A stretch of 48,544 nt of DNA, taken from Silvibacterium sp. (GTDB taxonomy: Bacteria > Acidobacteriota > Terriglobia > Terriglobales > Acidobacteriaceae). The position numbers were made by a program, and so were the translations under genes. Below are positions 39,525 to 47,800 of this stretch, in pieces. Location of the stretch: contig JAFAMZ010000013.1 in NCBI GenBank assembly GCA_019232935.1, positions 1 to 48,544 on the forward strand, read 5' to 3'. The stretch's first letter is position 1, and each line of letters starts with the position of its first letter. Under the pieces are notes generated by a model. It saw only the letters and a program-made list of their open reading frames with translations. It did no database searches and was not told the DNA's origin.

Positions 39525-40058
39525 ATGGTGATGCGAATGGCTGCCGAGTGGCTGACGCCGGTAAAAGCAAGCGGGGTGGCCTCGTATCTCATCGCAGCGG
39601 CGGCATGTGCCGTAACCGCCGCGCGTTCAGCGGATAGACGCGTTGTCCGGCTTGCGGCTGTTCTTGGCGCTCTTGACCTGGTTTTTTTGCTGGACATCGC
39701 ATTCGATTGGCGCTGGAAACTCTATGCGCAGCTCCGCAGCGGAGCAATGACTCATCACTGGTATAACCAACGGTCAGGGCCCCAGATCGCCGCGCTGATC
39801 CTTATCGCTACGGTTCTGATCGCAGCGGCAGTGTGGCTGAGCCGCAGGTTCGCTGCCGTTCGGGGCTCGCCGGTGGCCATATGCGGAGGCGTGGTTTCCA
39901 TAGGTTGCTGGCTAACGGAGGTTGTCTCCTTCCATTCGACCGATGCGATGCTTTATCGCCACGCCGGGCCGCTGCTGATTGTCAGCTTTCTCTGGATGCT
40001 TGGCTGCGGAATGACGGCAGCAGGCATCTGGATCGCCGGAACGGCGGCAGTCACGTAA
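39525..40058 (+). CDS. Hypothetical membrane protein (about 5 TM)
   Basis: Hydrophobic helices separated by WYNQR..PQ and SFH..D motifs; fills the gap between flanking genes. Confidence 0.7.
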   Translation: MVMRMAAEWLTPVKASGVASYLIAAAACAVTAARSADRRVVRLAAVLGALDLVFLLDIAFDWRWKLYAQLRSGAMTHHWYNQRSGPQIAALILIATVLIAAAVWLSRRFAAVRGSPVAICGGVVSIGCWLTEVVSFHSTDAMLYRHAGPLLIVSFLWMLGCGMTAAGIWIAGTAAVT

Positions 40059-40093
40059 TCCATACAGTTACATTTAGAGAGAATTTGTAACAG

Positions 40094-40837
40094 CTATTGG
40101 CGTGTTTTATTGCGCTCCTCCCACTCGAACATGTAAACACGCCACTCCCCGCGCTGAATCGCCAGCGCGCCGATGAATTCGTTGCCGAGATCGAGCGAAA
40201 ACAATGACCACCGTGTGATTTCGCCCGCATCCCATCGGCATTCCAGCAACCCGGAAGCGTCTTCTGCGGAGAGGCTTACGGCGAAGGAGTCGAGCGGAAT
40301 CGACAGGCCTTTCCCGTGGGCCTTGAGGAAAGCCTCCTTGCGGGTCCAGCATCGCAGGAAGGCGCGGAGTTTTCCGGAAGAACCGAAGGCACGGAGAGCA
40401 GCTATCTCTCGCTCGGAAAAATTCGATTGCGCGATAAGTTCCAGATCGCTTATCGGTCGCACCGTTTCCACATCCACGCCCAGATCGGCACTCAGGCAAA
40501 CACCGAGCAGCGTGAGGCCTTCGGTGTGCGAAAGATTGAAACGCACACGCCCCTCAGGCTGCAACGATTCAGGATTCATCAGCTCGGGCTTCCCGAATTC
40601 GTTCACGGCAAAGATAAGATTTTCGGGCGCCAGTCCTGTGTACGCTCCGAGAAGCAGCCGCATGCGCGCGTGATCTGCGATGAAATTTTGGGTCAGATGC
40701 GGAAACCGGAATCGCGCCGCGCGATCGCGTTCCTCAGCCCCAAGCAAGGGCGCATATTGCGCAAGGTCGGCGGCGGGCTCGGGCCGAAGTTTCCAGAGAT
40801 GGACTTCCCCGATGGCCAGCCTTGCCGGTCGAATCAG
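40094..40837 (-). CDS. Sfp-type 4'-phosphopantetheinyl transferase
   Basis: GKP, FNLSHT, GVDVE, WTRKEAFLKA.G.GL; N-terminal EVHLW in frame upstream of TTG 40747; probable CTG start at 40837 with SD AGGAGG. Confidence 0.93.
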   Translation of the reverse strand: MIRPARLAIGEVHLWKLRPEPAADLAQYAPLLGAEERDRAARFRFPHLTQNFIADHARMRLLLGAYTGLAPENLIFAVNEFGKPELMNPESLQPEGRVRFNLSHTEGLTLLGVCLSADLGVDVETVRPISDLELIAQSNFSEREIAALRAFGSSGKLRAFLRCWTRKEAFLKAHGKGLSIPLDSFAVSLSAEDASGLLECRWDAGEITRWSLFSLDLGNEFIGALAIQRGEWRVYMFEWEERNKTRQ

Positions 40838-43800
40838 GCGTTCGCCTCCTGTGCTTTGCCAAGACTCTGGCGCACCAGCTCGCCGACCACGCTGAGGTTC
40901 GGCTCAATAAACATGGTTTCATGGTTCCCGGGAGCCCAGTGCACCTCGACTCCCCGGGCAGCCAGGGCGCCCCAGCCGCAGGCGGGCTCCGCGCCCGGAA
41001 TATATGGCGCATCGGTGGCACGAATGAGCGTAATCCGGCCAGGAAACGGCTGGCCGTTGTAGGAGCGGATAGACTCGAAGGTCTGCAGGCTGACGTTGTG
41101 CATGAATGCAGGCAGCGGCAACCCGAGCGACTGGAAGAGCCGCTGCGCCATGGCCCAGTTCTTCAGGTAGAGCCTCGACCGCATGGAAAGCAGCTTCTGT
41201 TTGATGGCGTTCCACGCGTACCTGGCTTTTCCGCCTGCCGTGAGGGACTGCAACTTTCCGCGATGGAATCGAAATTTCCTGTACAGACGGGCGCGCAGCG
41301 CCATCTCCGGCATATGCTTCTGGGTTTCGGCCAACTCGGCTGCGTAACCCGGACGCCAGGAGTCGAACAGGACGATCATTCCAACTTCTTCGCCGGCGTC
41401 GATAAGCTTCCTCGCCGTCTCGACCGCCAGCGGCCCGGCGGCGCACCATCCGCCGATGTAATACGGACCCTTTGGCTGAAGAGCGCGAATCTCCTTTGCA
41501 TACGACTCAACTCGCTCGGGCATGGTCATCGACTGGTTCAGCTCGCGGAGGCCGTAGAAGGGCTGGTCCTCGCCTATCACCTTCGGGAGCCCGCCGTAAA
41601 GCAGGTACGAGTGAATAAGAAAGAACGGCGGCCTCGACCCTTTGGGCTGCACCGGCACGAGCGGCGAATAGAGCGTTCGCCCGCGAACGATATCCGCCAG
41701 CTGCTCGATCGTGGGAGCGTTAAAAATAGTCGTGATCGGCAGCGAGAGCGAGAAGCTCCGGTTGATGTTGGCGAAGAGCCGCACGATCATCAGAGAATAG
41801 CCGCCCAGCGTAAAGAAATTGGTGCGAATGCCGATGGGCCGGACGCCCAGCACTGTCTCCCAGATGGACACGAGGTTTTTCTCGAGTTCGTCGCGGGGCG
41901 GCACGTAGCTTGAATCTGCCGGTTCTTCCTGGGCGACCGATCCCGGGGCAGGCAGGATGCCGATATCGGCTGACCCGTCGATCCCGCGTGGTATGGCGGT
42001 AACGGCGATAACATCGGCGGAGGCCAGGTGCAGAGGCGCCGAGGACTTGAGGTGCGCGCGGAGGGCTGCAGTTGACGGCTGCTGACCGTTACGGCCTGCC
42101 ACCCAGGCGGCCAGCACGGGCGCCCCGGCCTTATCAGGGACTACGGCGGCTTCGGCATCGGCAACTGATGGCCCGGCCAGTAGCAGATCCTCGAGATCTT
42201 CGAGGTGGAGACGATGGCCGTGCAGCGTGGCGGAACGGTTCAGCCGGCCGGCTAGTTCGAATCCGTTCGCGGGCGAGTAGCGCGCCGTGTAGCCGGGCCG
42301 GAGCTGCTCTAAGTCGCGCTCGACCACGAGCTCGCCGGGAACTCCGAACGGCGCGGGGGAACCGGAGGCATCGAGGATGCGCAGAGTTTCCCCGGGCAGC
42401 GGCGCGAGCACACATCCCGGACGTGCGGCATCAAGCCGAATCGATGAAAATGGGCCGGCGGTCTGCGGCGCCGAGACAAGCAGCCACATCCGGCAGCTTG
42501 ACTTCGTGAGGCGGGCAGCTTCGGCCGAGGACAGCCGGGCTCCACGGCAAATGAGATTCAGCCTGCGGTCGCCCGCCCAGCCATCGAGCATCTGCGACCA
42601 TTCAGCGGGCTTGCCGAATGCGAACGACGCCTGCTCGCGATCGATCACGGAGCGGAAATGCTCCGGCTTTTCCGATCCCGGACAAACGATGGTCGCCCCG
42701 GCAAGCAGCGGCAGCAGCAGGTCCGTCCAGGCATCTGTCTGTGCGAGCGCCGTGCTTTCAGTGGTGCATGATACGAATACGGCGTCGCCCGGCCTGATCC
42801 CGAGCGATTGCGCTGCGGCCGTCATGCTTCTTACCGTGGCAGCCTGGGATAGCGATATGGATTCGTAACTGCCGTCGTTACGACTTACGACCCCCACCCA
42901 TGCAGTCTGGGCAGCGGCTGCTTCGGGTAAACATGAAATAGCTTCGATCGCGTTTCCGGGTGCGCTTCCAAGCTGGGCAAAAGCGGTGATGCCCGTTCCG
43001 CTGGCGGCGAATGCGGTATCGGCGAGGCACAGTGCGGGCATCAATTCGCCCCGGATCTTCCGCCACTCGGCAGCGCTTATATTGGCGGGCACCGGCAGAA
43101 CCGGCGCTCCAAGGCGCAAAGCGGCCAGCAGCGCGGCGATCGAGTCGGCATCAGGCTCGACTCTCACTGCTATGGTCTGCCCGATTCCGATTCCGCGCTG
43201 CTGCATAGCATGAGCGAACGCGATGCTTCGATTGCGGAGTTCTCTCCAGCTTGAGCGCGAGTCTCCCGCGATTAGCGCAGGGGATTCGCCGAGGGCGGCA
43301 GCCTGCGAGTCGAAGATCTGTGCGACAGATGTGCGCGATGGCTGCTCCGGCGCGGCCGCAATCGAGGACTGTGCTGCGGCGGAAATCAGCGCAGACTCCT
43401 CGTGGCCGGAAACAAGTGGCAAAGCCGAAACCGCCAGCGTGTCGTCGCCCAGTACCGCTTCAAGGACGCGCGTGTATTGATCCAGCAGGCGAAGAACGCG
43501 CTCGCGCTCGAAGAGCAGCGTGTTGTATTCGATCTGCAGGCGCGGGCCTTCGTTTCGCTCGACGACGCTCACCAGCATGTCGAAATTCACTCCGCCGCTA
43601 ACTGACGGGCGCGGAATAATGCGCAGCTCGCCGGCAGTCTGGGGCTGCATGAACGCTTTCTGATATACGAAGTAGACCTGCAGGAACTGCGAGGTCGCGC
43701 CGGCCTGGTCGAGCTGGAACTGCTCGGCGAGGCGCGAGAATGGCAGGTCCTGGTGGGCGTAGGCTTTCGTACTCCAATCGATGACGCGGTTCAGTAACTC

Positions 43801-44826
43801 GCGATAGCTGGGATTGCCGCGCACATCGGCCAGAATCACCTGGGGATGCGCGAAACGGCCGACCACGTTTTCCATGCCGGGCTGGGTGCGATTGGCGATC
43901 GTCGAGCCCAGCAGGAATTCCGCTTGGCCGGTGTAGCGTGTGATGAGCCCCTCAAAGGCCGCCAGCAGCACCTGGTGCATGGTGGCGTCGTGCTGGCGGC
44001 AATAAGCCTTGAGGCGCCCGGTCAGCTCCGGTGACAGCAGGCGTCCTTCGATATTGCCGGGCGCACTCTTTTGTGCCGTGCGCGGATGGTCGGTCGGCAG
44101 GTCGATGGCCGGCATCTCTCGCCGGATGTGGTCTTTCCAGAAGGCCAGAGCGGACTGTGCGGCCTCGCTCTCCAGCCACGACTGCTGCCACACCGTGAAG
44201 TCCGCAAACTGGAACGGCAGCTCTGGCAACTCTGGCTCCCGCTTTTCGATGGCGGCGGCATACAGCAGCGCGAAGTCGCGAATGAGGATGCCATTCGACC
44301 AGCCGTCGCAGGCAATGTGATGAACGGTGAAGGCGAGAAAATGTTCGCTGTCTGTAACGTGAATCAGCCGGACAAAAAGCGCGGGGCCATCGCCAAGATC
44401 GAGATGAATGCGACTATGCTCATGAATGAGTTGCTCGGCCCGGTCAACGCGCTCGGCCCTGGGGAGCGTTCGCAGGTCGGAAACCGCAAATTCGCAGGCC
44501 GCCTCTTCCGATATCACCTGGGAAAGCACGCCTTCAACCATGCGGAATGTCGTGCGCAACGCTTCATGGCGCAGCACCAGCGCGCGTACAGCCTGTTCGG
44601 CGGCCTGGTCCTCGATCGGTCCTTCAAGGCGAAAGGCGACCGCCATATTCGAGGCAGTCGAAGCCCCTGCCAGCTGGTCGAGAAGCCAATAGCGGCTCTG
44701 CTCGAGGCCTGCCGGGAAGACATACACGCCGTCCGGGGATGGTTCCACAGACTCCGATCTGTCGAGGACGGGCGCGTCTTCTGGGTTCACGTTCTGTACC
44801 GCACTAACCGAAGAACGATAAGACAT
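40834..44826 (-). CDS. NRPS: C - degenerate A - T - TE(Cys)
   Basis: C motifs RHEALRT, HHIACDG, QFADF..WQ; A-shaped region lacking the P-loop, YGPTE, TGD and catalytic Lys; T FFTLGGYSL; TE GWCAAG, LFDS, PGNH; start 44826 or 44865. Confidence 0.9.
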   Translation of the reverse strand: MSYRSSVSAVQNVNPEDAPVLDRSESVEPSPDGVYVFPAGLEQSRYWLLDQLAGASTASNMAVAFRLEGPIEDQAAEQAVRALVLRHEALRTTFRMVEGVLSQVISEEAACEFAVSDLRTLPRAERVDRAEQLIHEHSRIHLDLGDGPALFVRLIHVTDSEHFLAFTVHHIACDGWSNGILIRDFALLYAAAIEKREPELPELPFQFADFTVWQQSWLESEAAQSALAFWKDHIRREMPAIDLPTDHPRTAQKSAPGNIEGRLLSPELTGRLKAYCRQHDATMHQVLLAAFEGLITRYTGQAEFLLGSTIANRTQPGMENVVGRFAHPQVILADVRGNPSYRELLNRVIDWSTKAYAHQDLPFSRLAEQFQLDQAGATSQFLQVYFVYQKAFMQPQTAGELRIIPRPSVSGGVNFDMLVSVVERNEGPRLQIEYNTLLFERERVLRLLDQYTRVLEAVLGDDTLAVSALPLVSGHEESALISAAAQSSIAAAPEQPSRTSVAQIFDSQAAALGESPALIAGDSRSSWRELRNRSIAFAHAMQQRGIGIGQTIAVRVEPDADSIAALLAALRLGAPVLPVPANISAAEWRKIRGELMPALCLADTAFAASGTGITAFAQLGSAPGNAIEAISCLPEAAAAQTAWVGVVSRNDGSYESISLSQAATVRSMTAAAQSLGIRPGDAVFVSCTTESTALAQTDAWTDLLLPLLAGATIVCPGSEKPEHFRSVIDREQASFAFGKPAEWSQMLDGWAGDRRLNLICRGARLSSAEAARLTKSSCRMWLLVSAPQTAGPFSSIRLDAARPGCVLAPLPGETLRILDASGSPAPFGVPGELVVERDLEQLRPGYTARYSPANGFELAGRLNRSATLHGHRLHLEDLEDLLLAGPSVADAEAAVVPDKAGAPVLAAWVAGRNGQQPSTAALRAHLKSSAPLHLASADVIAVTAIPRGIDGSADIGILPAPGSVAQEEPADSSYVPPRDELEKNLVSIWETVLGVRPIGIRTNFFTLGGYSLMIVRLFANINRSFSLSLPITTIFNAPTIEQLADIVRGRTLYSPLVPVQPKGSRPPFFLIHSYLLYGGLPKVIGEDQPFYGLRELNQSMTMPERVESYAKEIRALQPKGPYYIGGWCAAGPLAVETARKLIDAGEEVGMIVLFDSWRPGYAAELAETQKHMPEMALRARLYRKFRFHRGKLQSLTAGGKARYAWNAIKQKLLSMRSRLYLKNWAMAQRLFQSLGLPLPAFMHNVSLQTFESIRSYNGQPFPGRITLIRATDAPYIPGAEPACGWGALAARGVEVHWAPGNHETMFIEPNLSVVGELVRQSLGKAQEANA

Positions 44827-44888
44827 ACGATTCGAACCAGGCAAACATGCTGCAAGGTACCGCAAGATACTGCAATGAGTCCTGAGTG

Positions 44889-47800
44889 CTATTGCAATAC
44901 TGTCCGCGGCCTGCGATGCAGCGAGCGGGGAACCGGCTGGATCGTCGTTCCGGTCGCGGCAGGTCTGTCATCACTTTTCTCTTCGATCTGTGCGCAGATC
45001 GCCGCGATTGTCTTGTACTGAAAGATATGACGAGCGTTCATCCTGATTCCGGCCTGGTTCGCCAGGGTGTTGATCCGGAAGATCATCAGGGAGTCACCGC
45101 CCAACTCAAAGATACTATCTTCGACGCTAACCTCCTTCAGGTTTAAAACATTGGCCCATATCCGGGCAAGCTTTTCCTCCTGAGGGTTACGAGGATAAAC
45201 AACAGCCCGCTCCCGCATCAGCTGCTCCGGCTGCGGCGCCGGCAGCGCCCGCCGGTCCACCTTGCCGTTGACGGTGCGCGGGAAGCTCTCGACTGCCATG
45301 ACAGCTGCTGGCTGCATATATTCCGGCAATTGCGTCTTCAGCCATGCCCGCAGCTCGGCAATCAGGCTGCCTGTGTCGCCGGCGCCCTCAGGAATGACGT
45401 AGGCGGCCAGCCTTTTATCGCCCGGAGCGTCGTGCTCGGTCTTCCAGTCCGTCCGCACGCAGGCCACCGCTGCGCGGACCAGGGGCGACCGCTCCAGCGC
45501 ATATTCGATCTCGGCGAGCTCAATCCGATATCCGCGAACCTTGACCTGGGTATCGGCGCGCCCCAGGAACTCGACGGTCCCGTCCGCGCGGTACCGCGCC
45601 AGGTCTCCGGTGCGGTAGAGGCGCTCGGTCAGCCCCGGCGCAAAGGTATGGGTGATGAACTTCTCCGCGGTAAGCTCCGGCCCATTCAGGTATCCGAGCG
45701 AGACGCCGTCGCCGCCGGCAAACAGCTCTCCGGTAACTCCCACCGGAACCGGCTGCATCGCGGAGTCCACAATGTAGATGCGAGTATTGCCGATCGGACG
45801 CCCGATGGGGACGGTCCCCGAGGTCAGGCTGTCGAGTGTGATGGTATGGCAGCAAGTGAAGGTCGTGTTTTCAGTCGGGCCGTAGCCATTGATCAGCCGC
45901 AGATGCGGTAGCTCTTCAAGCACGCGGCGAACGTGGGTGACCGACAGCACGTCTCCGCCGGCGAGCAGCTGCCGCAGCGGGCGCAGCGACTCGAGATGGT
46001 TCGTCACCATGAGATGGAAGAGCGCTGCCGTCAGCCATATCGTGGTGATCCCGTTGCCAAGGATGATGGCGCCGATATCTTCCGGCGTGACACGGCCAGC
46101 CGGAGCGACAACCAGGCGGCCGCCGTTAAGCAGCGCGCCCCAGATTTCGAATGTGGCGGCGTCGAACGACAGTGGAGCAAGCTGGAGAAAGACCTCCTCG
46201 GGCCGGAAGCTTGCGAAGCTGTTGTTCTTCACCAGGCGTAGCACCGCCCGATGAGGCACCAGCACGCCCTTGGGGTTGCCCGTCGAGCCGGAGGTGTACA
46301 TGACATAAGCCAGCTCCTCCGGGCCGCCGCTGTGGACAGGATCGGCTCCGGACTCGAGCGCAATGGCGGCCCAGTCGGCGTCAAGGCAGATGATATTTGT
46401 GGCAAGCTTGGGAAGCGTCGTGGCGATCGAGCGAGTGGTGAGCAGCGATTGCGCCTGTGAGTCTTCGACCAGGAAACTGAGCCGCGAGGCCGGGTAGCTG
46501 GCATCCACGGGAACGTAAGCCGCCCCGGCTTTGAGAATCGCCAGCAGCCCCACAATGACTTCGAGCGACCGGTCGAGGCAGATGGCGACCCGCATACCTG
46601 GCTTCACGCCGGACTTTCCGAGAAACTGCGCGAGCTGGTTGGCCTTTTCGTTCAGCTCGGCATAGGTCAGTGACTGCTGGCCGAAGGTCAGAGCAACCGC
46701 ACCCGGAGTGCTGCGCGCCTGCTGCTCGAATACGCGATGGATCGAGCTGGCGCGCGGATATTCGGTTGTGGTCTGGTTCCATTCGTAAAGGAGCTCGTTC
46801 CGCTGTGCGACCGTCAACAGCGAGACCTGCCCGGCTGGTTGCGCAGCATTATCGATAAAGGCCTGCAGGATGGATTCGAGGTGTCCGCGCCAACGCTCGA
46901 TCGTCGGTTCGTCGAAAAGGCCGGTGTTGTAGTCCACGTCCAGCCACAGCTCGTTGCCGCGGTCGATGAAGTTGAAGAAAAGATCCATGTTGACGTGGGT
47001 CTTGCCATTGGCGGCCAGATCGATGTTCAGCCCATCGAACTTCAATCCGGCGCCGACGGTCTCCACGTTGAACTGCACCTCGACCAGCGGCAGCCGCGAG
47101 GAGTCGCGCTCGATCTTCAGCTTGCGCAGCAGCGTGCCATAGGTGTAGCTCTGGTGGTCCTGGGCATCGAGCAGCTTCTTGCGTGCCTGCTTGAAGTACT
47201 CGGCGAGAGTCTGGCTCGCGTCGAAGCGGCTGCGGATGGGCAGGAAGTTCACGCAGTGGCCGACCAGGGAGCCGCCGTTTTCGATCAGCGACTGACCGGC
47301 CATCGGGATGCCGATGACCACGTCATCCTGTTGTGACAGGCGATGAACGAGCTGCGAGAAGCCCGCCAGGAGCGTCGCAAAGAGCGTGCTGCCCTGTTTT
47401 GCGCCCGCCTTTTTGACGGCTTTCAGAAACTCGGGCGGAAAGACAAAGCGCTTTGACGCGCCTGCATTGCCGCGCATCGCCGGACGCGGACGGTCGGTCG
47501 GCAGTTGCAGCACCGAAGGCAGCGTCTTGAATTCGTCGAGCCAGTAAGTCTCGACTTCGCTGTTCTCTTCGGAGGCATGCCGCGCGTGCTCCTCTGCCGC
47601 ATACTTGCTGAAGGCCAGCGGCGCAGCGAGGGAAGCGGCTTTTCCGGCAACTGCGGCGTTGTAGAACTCCGCCAGCTCGGAATAGAGAACGTTGGTCGAC
47701 CATCCGTCGAAGATGACGTGATGTGCAGTAAAGATGAAGACGTGCTCGGCCGGCGCGAGCTTCACCAGGAGCACCCGGAACAGCGGCCCGTGCTGGAGAT

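Noticed and set aside
40834-44826. NRPS with degenerate A domain as a pseudogene
   Set aside because: The frame is intact and the C, T and TE catalytic motifs are preserved, which argues for a functional protein
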